A DNA stretch of 29,074 bases, from NCBI GenBank assembly GCA_012729785.1, contig JAAYCL010000017.1, positions 1 through 29,074 of the forward strand, read 5' to 3'. Shown one piece after another: positions 7,597-15,872 of the stretch (position 1 is the stretch's first letter; every line of letters starts with the position of its first letter). Source of the DNA: Chlamydiota bacterium. Lineage in GTDB: Bacteria; Auribacterota; Tritonobacteria; UBA1439. The notes beneath the pieces were generated by a model. It worked only from the letters and a program-made list of their open reading frames with translations, ran no database searches and was not told the origin of the DNA. The position numbers and the translations under genes are program-made.

Positions 7597-8142
7597 ATGC
7601 CAAACATGCATACCGACCTCCCGCGTCTCCTCGACGGCGACAAGGCGGAGTGGGACGCGTTCGTCGACCGGTTCACCCCGGTCATCTGGGCGGCGGTGAA
7701 GGGATCCCTCTTCGCCCACACGGGCGCGGTGAACGAGGAGGACGTGCGCGACCTGGTCCAGGCGGTCTTTGTGCGCCTGGTCGGACGCGACTTCCGTCTG
7801 CTCAGGACCTACGATCCGCGCCGGGCCTCGCTCGTCACCTGGCTCACCATCGTCGCGCGGAGCGTGGCGATCGACTCCCTGCGGCGGCGGCGCCTTTCGA
7901 CCGTTTCAATCGGGGAGGCGGCGCTCGAAATCCCGGCGCCCCCGCCGGTCTCCAACGCCGGGATCGAGCTCCCCGAGGGGCTGCTCTCGCCGCGGCAGAA
8001 GCTGGTCCTCCACCTCCTCTGCGACCGGGGAATGGAGCCGTCGGAGATCGCCTCGATCCTCGGCGTGAACGCCCAGACGGTGCGGAGCACGGTGCACAAG
8101 GCGGTCGTGAAGCTGCGGAGGCAACTCAAGGAACAGCGATGA
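7597..8142 (+). CDS. ECF (sigma-70 family, group 4) RNA polymerase sigma factor
   Basis: The 181-aa protein has region 2 (EWDAFVDRFTPVIWAAVKG...DLVQAVFVRL) and a region 4 helix-turn-helix (LSPRQKLVLHLLCDRGMEPSEIASILGVNAQTVRSTVHKAVVKLRRQL). It forms the C-terminal part of a long spurious track ORF, and the real start is at the internal ATG. Confidence 0.85.
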   Translation: MPNMHTDLPRLLDGDKAEWDAFVDRFTPVIWAAVKGSLFAHTGAVNEEDVRDLVQAVFVRLVGRDFRLLRTYDPRRASLVTWLTIVARSVAIDSLRRRRLSTVSIGEAALEIPAPPPVSNAGIELPEGLLSPRQKLVLHLLCDRGMEPSEIASILGVNAQTVRSTVHKAVVKLRRQLKEQR

Positions 8143-8202
8143 TCAACGCCCGCGGCGGGGATGGTCGGGCCGGTCGGTGCGTATAACATCCGGAGGATGC
8201 CG

Positions 8203-8739
8203 ATGAACGGAACGCGTGACGAATTCCGCGAGGAGCGGGAGCTCTGGAAGCGGGTAAGGGTCCCCGAAGCGGGGGCGCCCTCCGCCTGTCCGGGGCCCGC
8301 CGAGCTCGCCGCCTATCTCGACGGGGCGTGCCGGCGCGACGCGCGCAACCGGATCGAGGAGCATCTGCGGCTCTGCCCCGCCTGTGTCGGGGCGGTGGCG
8401 GAGCTCCGCCGCCTGCTGCGCGCGGGCCCCGCGCCCGCCCCCGCCGCGGTCTTCGAACGCGCCAAGGGGCTGGTGGCGCGCCCGCCGGTACACGGCAGGG
8501 ACGGCGACCTGTTCGCCGCCTTTCGCGGCACGCTCGCCCTCCTGCGGACCGGCGCGGCCTGGGCGGCCGCGGCGGCGCTCGTCGTCTCGGCGTGCGCGGC
8601 GGGGTTCACGATGGGGCGGGAAACGTTCCCCCTCCCCCGCGCGGCGGGATCCGCGCAGATGTCGCACCTGAACCCGGACGCCGTCTCCGCGGAGTTCGGC
8701 CGCCTGGAACAGCCATTCCTGGGAGGTGAGTTGTCATGA
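8203..8739 (+). CDS. Anti-sigma factor, ZAS (zinc-binding HxxxCxxC) type with a single TM
   Basis: It lies immediately downstream of the ECF sigma gene. The H-x3-C-x2-C motif (EEHLRLCPAC) is preceded by AELAAYLDGA, typical of the anti-sigma N-domain. A TM helix (AAWAAAAALVVSACAAGF) is present. The start was chosen at the ATG with GGAGG 6 nt upstream (8197 is the alternative). Confidence 0.75.
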   Translation: MNGTRDEFREERELWKRVRVPEAGAPSACPGPAELAAYLDGACRRDARNRIEEHLRLCPACVGAVAELRRLLRAGPAPAPAAVFERAKGLVARPPVHGRDGDLFAAFRGTLALLRTGAAWAAAAALVVSACAAGFTMGRETFPLPRAAGSAQMSHLNPDAVSAEFGRLEQPFLGGELS

Positions 8740-9188
8740 GACCGGCGTCAAGAAACCTGCTGTGCATCCTCCTCCTCGTCTCGGTCGGGTTCAACCTGTT
8801 CTTCATCGCCGGCTACCGCCGCGCCCGCTCGACGCTGGACAAGCTGAAGTCCGACAGGGGCTACATCCAGCTCCTCTCCCGCACGCTCCATTTCACCCCG
8901 GAGCAGGAGGAGAAGCTCGTCGAGATCAGGCAGCGGCTCCAGGAGGAGACCGCCGAATTCAACCGGTCCCACTCCCCGGAGATAGACGCGTTCTGGGATG
9001 AGGTGGTCAAGGACAACCCGGATCCCGACAGGATACTGGAACTGGAGCAGTCCCTCGCCGAGAAGCGGATCGAGATGCGGCAGCGCATGGTCGGGCTGAT
9101 CCAGGAGGCGTTCGGTTGCCTCACCCCCGCACAGCGCCGCGATTTCGCGCAGATGATCAAGGAGCGCAGTTTCCTGAAGCAGCTCTGA
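8736..9188 (+). CDS. Periplasmic LTXXQ-motif protein (CpxP/Spy/ZraP family)
   Basis: The 150-aa protein has a signal-anchor (LLCILLLVSVGFNLFFIAG), two LTxxQ motifs (HFTPEQEEKL; CLTPAQRRDF) and a helical Glu/Arg-rich composition. It is translationally coupled to the anti-sigma gene by an ATGA overlap. Confidence 0.7.
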   Translation: MRPASRNLLCILLLVSVGFNLFFIAGYRRARSTLDKLKSDRGYIQLLSRTLHFTPEQEEKLVEIRQRLQEETAEFNRSHSPEIDAFWDEVVKDNPDPDRILELEQSLAEKRIEMRQRMVGLIQEAFGCLTPAQRRDFAQMIKERSFLKQL

Positions 9189-9356
9189 GGTTTCGTTTGG
9201 GAGCCCCGGATGGGGGCACGGGCGATCCTCCCCTGCGGCAGGGCGATGCCGCCGCCGGGCGTCGAGCGCGCTCCCGAATCCGATCGTCCGCGAGGCGAAA
9301 CCGGCACCCGCGCCCCCCGGAGGGGGGGAACGCGTCGCCCGGAATCCGCGCTAGAT

Positions 9357-11999
9357 CTACTTCAGCGCGAACGGCGCAACGGCCAGCAGGAACGCGTCGC
9401 CCGGGCCCGTGATCGGCTGCTCGGGAGCGAAGAAGCCCACCATCACCGAGCAGTTCCCCCTCGGCGCGCCCGGCGGTACCGTGAGCGACATGAAGGGATA
9501 GGTGAACCCCGCGGGCAGCCCGTGTACATTCGTCGCCAACGGTTGAATCCGCGGCGACAGCGTTATCGCGTCCAGCATCGACCCATCGGGCAGATTGACC
9601 ACCGCGTAGGCGTTGAACGTCCTCGCCACCGCCCTGTTCAGTCTGAATGTCGCCGCGAACGGACTCCCCGGGCGATAGGAGGTGCCGTTCAACAGCACCT
9701 GCGCCCGAGGGAGAGGGGTCGGCGTGGGCGTCGGCGACAGCGCTGCCTGCGCCAGATTGCACAGCCCCCGGTCCCAGTACGTTGAACCGTCGTGGGCGAT
9801 GTAGAGGCCCACGGTATCACCGTGTATCGCCGGGAAGTAGACCCGCTTCGTTTGGCCCCCGTCGTACGTCACCGTGACGTAGTCGCCCGCCTGGACGGCG
9901 ATCCCCTCCTGGTCCCGTCCCACCAGCACCCCCGCCGGCTGCGGCGCGTAGGCGGCCTTGTCCGTGAAGATGTTGCTGTTGTCGTACACGTACCCGAGCG
10001 GCTTCCCGTAGACGTCGTCCGCCAGGCCGAAGTAGAAGTTCCATCCCGCGCCGACGCCCGAACGCGTCGAGGCGATGCGCAGGTTCGTGATATCCCCGAT
10101 CTCCAGCGGGGCGGTGCACGGCGTCGGGGTGCGCGTGGGCGTGGGTGTGATCGTCGGCGTGGGGGTCCTCGTCGGCGTGCGGGTCGGGGTGCGCGTGGGT
10201 GTCCTCGTCGGCGTGGGGGTGATCGTCGGCGTCTCCGTCGGTGTGGGCGTGATAGTCGGTGTGGGGGTGATCGTCGGCGTGGGCGTGATCGTCGGCGTGG
10301 ATGTAATCGTGGGGGTGGGGGTGATCGTGGGCGTCGGCGTGGGCATCGATTCCAGGCAATAGAGAAGATCGCCGTTGGGATGCGAACCGTAGATCCTTCC
10401 GCCCGAGTCTATCGCGTTCGCGCCGTGATTGATGGCCGTCCAGGAATGGAGACGGTAGCTCCACGAGAGACTCCCGTTGGCGTTGAGGCAGTGGTTGCCG
10501 CAATAGATCTTCCCGTTGGAATCGATCGCGGGGGCATAGGCGATGCCTTGATACGACCAGGTAAAGGTCCCGTCGGAGGCAAAGCTGCTGAGATACCTAC
10601 CATTCACATTACTCAAGGTGACGTACACCTTCCCGTCAGACCCTATCGCGGGCGAGGTGTAGTCGTTTAATTCCATTGGATACGTCCAGGCAATGGTTCC
10701 GTTCGAATTGAAGCAGTAGAAGAAATAGTCGGCGCCCCGGTATATCCTCCCATCCGAGCCGATCGAAGGTTTGCAGTTTGCGTAATCGCCTAGTGCATAA
10801 GACCAGACGCGGTCTCCTTCTTTATCGATGCAGAGAAAGTTGCTGTATAAGTTGACGTATACCCTGCCGTCGGAATCCACTGCGGGATAGGAGTCTATTG
10901 ACGAATACTTACGATACGACCACACCATGCCGCCGTTCGGAGTCATGCTGTAGAGCATATTGCCATCGCCGACATACACCGTGCCGTCAGACCCTATTGC
11001 CGGCGTACTGTAATAGATATTATACATTCTATAACTCCAGTCGAGCCCCCCGTTTGACCTGATGCTGTAGAAGGTGTTATCTTGCGAGGTGATATATATG
11101 CTCCCGTCGAAGCCGATCGCAGGCGAGGATGTTATTTCATGGTCGGTTCTGTAACTCCACGCGATATCGCCGTTGGGGGTAAAACTGTAGAAGCGCAGGT
11201 CGTCCGAGCCGACGTACACCCGTCCATCCGTACCTATCGCGGGAGAAGAATATACGGAATCTAGAAAACGATAACTCCACGCCAGGGTCGGCCTGTACGG
11301 GCCCGCGTACTCGCTCCGTCCGGTATGCTGGGCATCGTGCTGGAACATCGGCCAGGGCGCCCGTGGGGCGGCCTGCGCCAGGTCGCACAGGTCGCGGTCC
11401 CAGTACGTCGAACCGTCGAATCCGATATACAGCGTACTCTCCCCGCTCAGGGCGGGAAAGTAGATCTTTCTCGTCCGGCCCCCGTCGTACGTCACCGTGA
11501 CGTAATCGCCCGCCTGGACGGCGATATCCTCGGAGTCGCGCCCCACCCAGACCCCCGTCGCCTGCGGCTGTTCATACCCGGCTCCGTCCTCGAAAATATT
11601 GCCGTTGTCATTCACGGCGCCAAGGGGGTTCTCATAGATAGCGTGCGCAAGGCCGAAGTAGAAGAACCACCCTCCATCCATGCTCGACCGCGTCGTCGCG
11701 ATCTGCAACCCCTCCACGTCCCCTATCTCGAGCGCCGGCCGGCACAGTTCGTGGATCCCCGCCCCGAGGTTCTCATCGGTGTCCGAAGAAGCCTGTCCGG
11801 CTTCGGCCGCTTCGCCGGAATCGAATGCGGCGGCATCCCCATGCCCCGTTTCTAGGGCCGCGCCGTCGGCGGGTGCGGCGACGTCGTACCCGTACACGGA
11901 GTCCGTTCCCTCCGCGCGCTCCGCCTGTGCGGCGCCCTCGGCCGGAGAATGAAACGGCACAAGACACAGCACGCAAAGCGAAAGCAGTGTCCTCTTCAT
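9357..11999 (-). CDS. Large secreted protein with a PQQ-like beta-propeller repeat region, a Pro/Thr-rich linker, two copies of an unrecognised ~125-aa domain, and a C-terminal ~130-aa domain
   Basis: The 880-aa protein has a signal peptide ([22 protein letters not shown]). It contains at least 8 repeats of a WSYR...DG(R/S/T)(V/I)Y(V/I) blade pattern, a (TPTPTIT)n linker, and duplicated PLEIGD...[11 protein letters not shown]...[15 protein letters not shown] domains. A GGAGG RBS is present. Confidence 0.85.
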   Translation of the reverse strand: MKRTLLSLCVLCLVPFHSPAEGAAQAERAEGTDSVYGYDVAAPADGAALETGHGDAAAFDSGEAAEAGQASSDTDENLGAGIHELCRPALEIGDVEGLQIATTRSSMDGGWFFYFGLAHAIYENPLGAVNDNGNIFEDGAGYEQPQATGVWVGRDSEDIAVQAGDYVTVTYDGGRTRKIYFPALSGESTLYIGFDGSTYWDRDLCDLAQAAPRAPWPMFQHDAQHTGRSEYAGPYRPTLAWSYRFLDSVYSSPAIGTDGRVYVGSDDLRFYSFTPNGDIAWSYRTDHEITSSPAIGFDGSIYITSQDNTFYSIRSNGGLDWSYRMYNIYYSTPAIGSDGTVYVGDGNMLYSMTPNGGMVWSYRKYSSIDSYPAVDSDGRVYVNLYSNFLCIDKEGDRVWSYALGDYANCKPSIGSDGRIYRGADYFFYCFNSNGTIAWTYPMELNDYTSPAIGSDGKVYVTLSNVNGRYLSSFASDGTFTWSYQGIAYAPAIDSNGKIYCGNHCLNANGSLSWSYRLHSWTAINHGANAIDSGGRIYGSHPNGDLLYCLESMPTPTPTITPTPTITSTPTITPTPTITPTPTITPTPTETPTITPTPTRTPTRTPTRTPTRTPTPTITPTPTRTPTPCTAPLEIGDITNLRIASTRSGVGAGWNFYFGLADDVYGKPLGYVYDNSNIFTDKAAYAPQPAGVLVGRDQEGIAVQAGDYVTVTYDGGQTKRVYFPAIHGDTVGLYIAHDGSTYWDRGLCNLAQAALSPTPTPTPLPRAQVLLNGTSYRPGSPFAATFRLNRAVARTFNAYAVVNLPDGSMLDAITLSPRIQPLATNVHGLPAGFTYPFMSLTVPPGAPRGNCSVMVGFFAPEQPITGPGDAFLLAVAPFALK
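10095..10335. repeat. Coding low-complexity DNA repeats (Pro/Thr linker: [14 protein letters not shown]...) inside the PQQ-repeat protein gene
   Basis: The protein-level PT repeats are mirrored at DNA level by gtgggSgtgatcgtcggcgtg-type periodicity on the plus strand. Confidence 0.7.
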
Positions 12000-12420
12000 C
12001 CGCGCCCTCCTGCCTTTGTCAAGTCCGTGTTCGCAGGGATACCGCGATACGCCGGGGTCGTTTTTCCCCCATCCGATGCGGATTAACCGTGCACCCCGTT
12101 GCGCCCGAACCCATAACGGTGCGATAGGTTACCGCCGCGGCATGGCCAAGCGTAGCAGTCTGCGGGTATATCCACAATCAAAATATTCACGGAATGTCAC
12201 GGGATACCCGCCTCTGAATCGCACGGGCTGTTGCCTGCCCGCGCGAAGGAACGGGTCTCGTGCCGCCGGGCGGGACACCCCCGTATACGGCCGGATGAAG
12301 GCGGATTCCCGTCGGCGACCTCGACGGCGCCGTTCCGTCTTCTCCCGCGTGGCGTTCAGCTGATTCGACGGGCCCCTTCCCCGCGTGGGCATGCGCCGGG
12401 GGGATGGGACGCGATCGGCC

Positions 12421-12467
12421 TCAAACAATTGCCGCCGGGCCTCCCCTTCCGGGAGAAACCCGGCGGC
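12421..12467 (-). terminator. Putative intrinsic terminator of the small secreted-protein gene: 9-bp GC stem (GCCGCCGGG/CCCGGCGGC), 19-nt loop, followed on the minus strand by AAUUGUUUGA
   Basis: The inverted repeat 12431-12439/12459-12467 was read from the sequence. It begins ~20 nt after the stop at 12489 and is followed by a U-rich tract. Confidence 0.45.
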
Positions 12468-12488
12468 ATCGATCGCCGCGCCTTTTCC

Positions 12489-12773
12489 CTACCAGGCCCA
12501 CGCGGACCAGGTCGGCACCGGCCGGTACCACGGATAGGGCGCCGGCGCCCAGACGACCTGCGGGGGCGGCACGCACCACCCCGGGGCGCGCCAAACCCTC
12601 GGCCCGTACCAGCCGCCGCGCCGCGGCCCGCGGCTGTACCGATGGCCGTGGTGCCCCGCCCGGCCGTCCCATCTCCCGTGCCTTGGCCCGCGGTGCCCGT
12701 CGCGGGCGCACGCCGTCCCGGCGGCGAGCGCCAGGGCCAGGCCGAGAACCGCCGCCACCGCTCCCCTCTTCAT
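12489..12773 (-). CDS. Small secreted protein (94 aa; mature ~70 aa) extremely rich in Trp, Arg, Pro, Gly and His
   Basis: The canonical signal peptide is MKRGAVAAVLGLALALAAGTACA. A strong RBS (GGAGGAAAGGAGG, with 6 nt before the ATG) is present. A downstream hairpin terminator follows. The mature part has 9 Trp and an HHGH cluster. Caveat: this composition is also typical of spurious high-GC ORFs. Confidence 0.45.
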   Translation of the reverse strand: MKRGAVAAVLGLALALAAGTACARDGHRGPRHGRWDGRAGHHGHRYSRGPRRGGWYGPRVWRAPGWCVPPPQVVWAPAPYPWYRPVPTWSAWAW

Positions 12774-12894
12774 CCGGCCCCTCCTTTCCTCCGTACGCAC
12801 AACCCCACTCCTGCACGTTATACGGAGGAACCGCCCGCTGTATCCCCGCCGGATCGACGCGCGGCGTTCCGGAGGCGCGCGGCGCGCCGCACGG

Positions 12895-14382
12895 TCAGGA
12901 GCGGCGGGCGGAGAGGAGGAAGCCGGCCAGCAGTATCGTGAGCGTTCCGACGACGGGGATGAGGAACGGGTGGAAGGGGCTCCGCAGGGCGGCGGGGCAC
13001 CAGGCGGCGCGGGGGGTGAACGTCATCCAGCCGATCAGCGCCACGCCCGCCGCGACCCCGCCGGCCGCCGCACGGCTTCCGGCGCGGCTCCGGAGACAGC
13101 CTAAAAGAAAGAGCCCCAGCATCCCCCCGCTGAAGATGCCCGAGAGCTGCCACCAGGCGTCGAGCACGCTCTTGATTTTGATCATCCACAGGGCGAAGCC
13201 GACGCCCGCGAACCCCCAGAGGACGGTGCTCGCGCGGAGCACCGCCATCGACTCCCGCTCGCCCGCCCGGGGGCGCAGGTAGCGGCGATACAGATCGCAG
13301 AGCGTGAGCGTGGCGCAGCAGTTCACGCTCGTCGAGATGGTGCTCATCGCCGCGGCGAAGATCGCCGCGATGAGGAGTCCCGACACCCCGGGCGGCAGGA
13401 TATGCACGATGTAGTACGGAAAGACGTTGTCCCCCGCCCCCTCCGCGATCTCCGCCCGCAGCTCGGGCGGGAACGCCTCGGGGCGGGCCGCGGCGTAGGC
13501 GAAGAGCGCCGTGCCGATGAAAAAGAAGAACGCCGACACGGGGATGTAGAGGAGCGCGCTCATCCAGACGGAGCGTTTCGCCCCGCGCTCCGAGCCGGTG
13601 GCGATGTAGCGCTGGACGTAATTCTGGTCGATGCCGAAGTTCTGCAGGTTCATGAAGAGGCCGTACAGGAGGACAACCCAGAAGGTCGCCGAGGCGAGCG
13701 AGGGTCCGAAGCTCCCGAGGCTGAACTTTCCGTGCGCCGCCGCGATCCTGAACACCTGCCCCGGCCCCTCCGGCATGCCCAGCGGGATGCACACGACGCA
13801 GATGAGCGCTCCCGCGATGAGGATGACGCTCTGGATCGAGTCGGTGTAGATGACCCCCTCGATCCCGCCCATGAGCGTGTAGAGCGTCACGAGGAGGCCG
13901 GTGGCGAGGATGGTGAGGCGCGCGTCCCATCCGAGGAGATGGTTCAGGGGCAGGGCGAGGAGGTACATGATCGACCCCATCCGCGCCATCTGCGTCAGCA
14001 TGTAGCAAACGACCGCATAGGAGCGCGCCCAGGCGCCGAAGCGACGCTCGAGATGCGCGTAGGCGGAGATGTCGCCGCAGCGGCGGAAGAACGGGACGAA
14101 GAACCGGGCGCCGGCCCAGGCCGCAAGCGGAAGGGAGAGACTGAAGACGAACGGGTTCCAGTTCCCCGAGAACGCCTTCCCCGGGAGGGCGAGGAACGAG
14201 ATGCTGCTCACGTAGGTGCCGAAGATGGAGAGGCATACCGCCCACGCGGGCAGCGCCCCGCCCGCCTTCATGAACGCCTCGGAGGCGCGGCTCCTGCGCA
14301 GGAAACAGCAGCCGAAGGCGACCGTGCCGACCGTGTAGACGGCCAGCACGGCGATATCGAGCGTCGGGAGGCGGTGCTGCAT
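12895..14382 (-). CDS. Sodium:solute symporter family (SSF/SSS) transporter
   Basis: The 495-aa protein has about 13 TM segments and an SSS-type N-terminus and core (e.g. [35 protein letters not shown]). It lies 9 nt downstream of the amidohydrolase gene. Confidence 0.88.
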   Translation of the reverse strand: MQHRLPTLDIAVLAVYTVGTVAFGCCFLRRSRASEAFMKAGGALPAWAVCLSIFGTYVSSISFLALPGKAFSGNWNPFVFSLSLPLAAWAGARFFVPFFRRCGDISAYAHLERRFGAWARSYAVVCYMLTQMARMGSIMYLLALPLNHLLGWDARLTILATGLLVTLYTLMGGIEGVIYTDSIQSVILIAGALICVVCIPLGMPEGPGQVFRIAAAHGKFSLGSFGPSLASATFWVVLLYGLFMNLQNFGIDQNYVQRYIATGSERGAKRSVWMSALLYIPVSAFFFFIGTALFAYAAARPEAFPPELRAEIAEGAGDNVFPYYIVHILPPGVSGLLIAAIFAAAMSTISTSVNCCATLTLCDLYRRYLRPRAGERESMAVLRASTVLWGFAGVGFALWMIKIKSVLDAWWQLSGIFSGGMLGLFLLGCLRSRAGSRAAAGGVAAGVALIGWMTFTPRAAWCPAALRSPFHPFLIPVVGTLTILLAGFLLSARRS

Positions 14383-14391
14383 CGGACCCTT

Positions 14392-15690
14392 TCAACCGTT
14401 GTGCACAACGGACGCGCCGAGGACCGTCGCCGCGAGCCGGCCGGTCAGGCGCATCCCCTGGTAGGGGGAGAAGTCGCAGCGCATGTGCAAGGCGGCGTGA
14501 TCGATCGCCGTCTCCCCCGCGGGGTCGTAGACGAAGAGATCCGCCTTCCGCCCCTCCTCGATCCCCGCGCGCGGGGAAAGGCCGAATATCCTCGCCGCGT
14601 TCCCCCCCGCGAGCGCGGAGAGCTTTTCGTACGAGAAGCCGCGCCGCCTCCCCTCCCCGAAAAGGAGCGGCACCATCGTCTCGACGCCGGGTATACCGAA
14701 CGGGAGGCGGGTGAAGTCGCCGCCCCACGCCTCCTTCTGCGCGCGCATAAACGGGCAATGATCGGTCGCGACGACGTCTATCGAGCCGTCCGCGAGGCCG
14801 CTCCAGAGCGCCTCCCGGTCCCGTTCCTTCCTGAACGGAGGAGCGCAGGTCGCGCAGAAGCCGTCCGGATCGGCGTATTTCGCCTCGGTGAGGAACAGAT
14901 ACTGCGGGCACGTCTCCGCATAGATGCGCCGCCCCGCCTCCCGATGCCGCCGCACCGCCTCGAGCCCCGCCGCGCTCGAGAGGTGGACGATGTAGACCGC
15001 GGGGCGGTGTCTCGCCGCGCACGACATCACCGTGTCGATCGCCCGCGCCTCGCACTCGGGCGGACGGCTGCCGGGGTAGCACGCGAGCGCGGTCTTCCCC
15101 TCCGCGACGAGCCGCGCCTGCGCCCGCGCGATCGCCGGGCCGTCCTCGGCGTGGACCATGAGGATGCAGTGTCGTTCCGCGCAGAACCGGCAGAGACGGT
15201 CGAGCAGGTCGCGGCCGACAAAGGGGTCGTTCATGTGCACCTTGAAGGAACGCGCCCCCTCCGCGACGCACTCCTCCATCTGCGCCTCCAGGTCCGCGGG
15301 ATTCTCGGAGACCGCGACGTGGAGAAAGAAATCCGTCCGGCAGCGCGCCCGGGCCGCCTCGCGCCGCGCCTGCAGGGCGTGGACGAGCCGCTCCCCCTTC
15401 TCCGGGTAGGCGAAGTCCCCGAGCGCCGTCACCCCGCCGAAAAGCGCCGCGCAGGAGCCGCTGTCGAAATCGTCGGAGGAGATCTTCCCACTGACGGTGA
15501 GGAGCTCCATATGCACGTGCGGATCGACCGCGCCCGGGAGGACGACCAGCCCCTCGCCCTCCACTGCGCGCATCTTCCCCGCCTTCCCCGCGCCTCCGAC
15601 GCGGAGGATCCTCCCTCCCCCGACCGCAACGTCCGCCCGCTCCATCCCGCGCGGGGTCAGCACCTCCGCGTTCCTGACGACGAGCTCCAT
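14392..15690 (-). CDS. Cyclic amidohydrolase (dihydropyrimidinase/hydantoinase/allantoinase/dihydroorotase superfamily)
   Basis: The start was taken at the internal MELVVRNAEVLTP, which has an AAAGGAG RBS upstream. Metal-binding motifs are present (DPHVHM, KVHM, VHAED, VATDHCPF), together with typical superfamily length and order. Confidence 0.85.
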   Translation of the reverse strand: MELVVRNAEVLTPRGMERADVAVGGGRILRVGGAGKAGKMRAVEGEGLVVLPGAVDPHVHMELLTVSGKISSDDFDSGSCAALFGGVTALGDFAYPEKGERLVHALQARREAARARCRTDFFLHVAVSENPADLEAQMEECVAEGARSFKVHMNDPFVGRDLLDRLCRFCAERHCILMVHAEDGPAIARAQARLVAEGKTALACYPGSRPPECEARAIDTVMSCAARHRPAVYIVHLSSAAGLEAVRRHREAGRRIYAETCPQYLFLTEAKYADPDGFCATCAPPFRKERDREALWSGLADGSIDVVATDHCPFMRAQKEAWGGDFTRLPFGIPGVETMVPLLFGEGRRRGFSYEKLSALAGGNAARIFGLSPRAGIEEGRKADLFVYDPAGETAIDHAALHMRCDFSPYQGMRLTGRLAATVLGASVVHNG

Positions 15691-15782
15691 GCCGGACCGC
15701 CGCTCCTTTCCGTTGCGCCGCACCGGCCGTAGTATGCTGGATCGCCCCTTTGGATTCAGCATCTTTCGAAGCCGCCGGACGT

Positions 15783-15812
15783 TTGGAATTCTTCTGTCGC
15801 GCATGGTATCAT
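15783..15812 (+). promoter_or_regulatory. Near-consensus sigma70 promoter for the nuclease-like gene: TTGGAA - 18 nt - TGgTATCAT
   Basis: The -35 TTGGAA is at 15783-15788. The extended -10 TG(g)TATCAT is at 15804-15812. The promoter lies 60 nt upstream of the ATG at 15873. Confidence 0.5.
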
Positions 15813-15872
15813 GGCGGAGACGCGGGGGGAATCAGGTTGCCGCGAAGCCGTGCCGGACACCGGGGGTCTCAG

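Noticed and set aside
5647-8142. An 831-aa plus-strand ORF is the longest in the track.
   Set aside because: It is antisense to the 853-aa TPR-like gene. Its product is R/G/P/E low-complexity (RGRPGGEEGAQQGDLRRERLRSRPRG…), which is typical of GC-rich shadow ORFs. Only its last 181 codons are real (the ECF sigma factor, which starts at the internal ATG at 7597).
9295-9330. I considered a C6-GGA-G7 run (CCCCCCGGAGGGGGGG) as a bidirectional terminator between the convergent LTXXQ and PQQ-repeat genes.
   Set aside because: The loop is only 3 nt and there is no flanking U or A tract on either strand. This could be a weak stem-loop but is not a convincing intrinsic terminator.
10075-10362. A plus-strand ORF reads (GV)n-like, and its DNA is periodic. 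I considered a CRISPR or minisatellite array here and at 27753..28181.
   Set aside because: The periodicity is the antisense image of Pro/Thr linker codons inside long, well-supported minus-strand genes. There are no unit-length repeats separated by unique spacers.
12818-15271. An 817-aa minus-strand ORF spans the symporter and hydantoinase genes.
   Set aside because: It lies in a different frame from two well-supported genes. It is R/G-rich junk, with no RBS and no domain signature.
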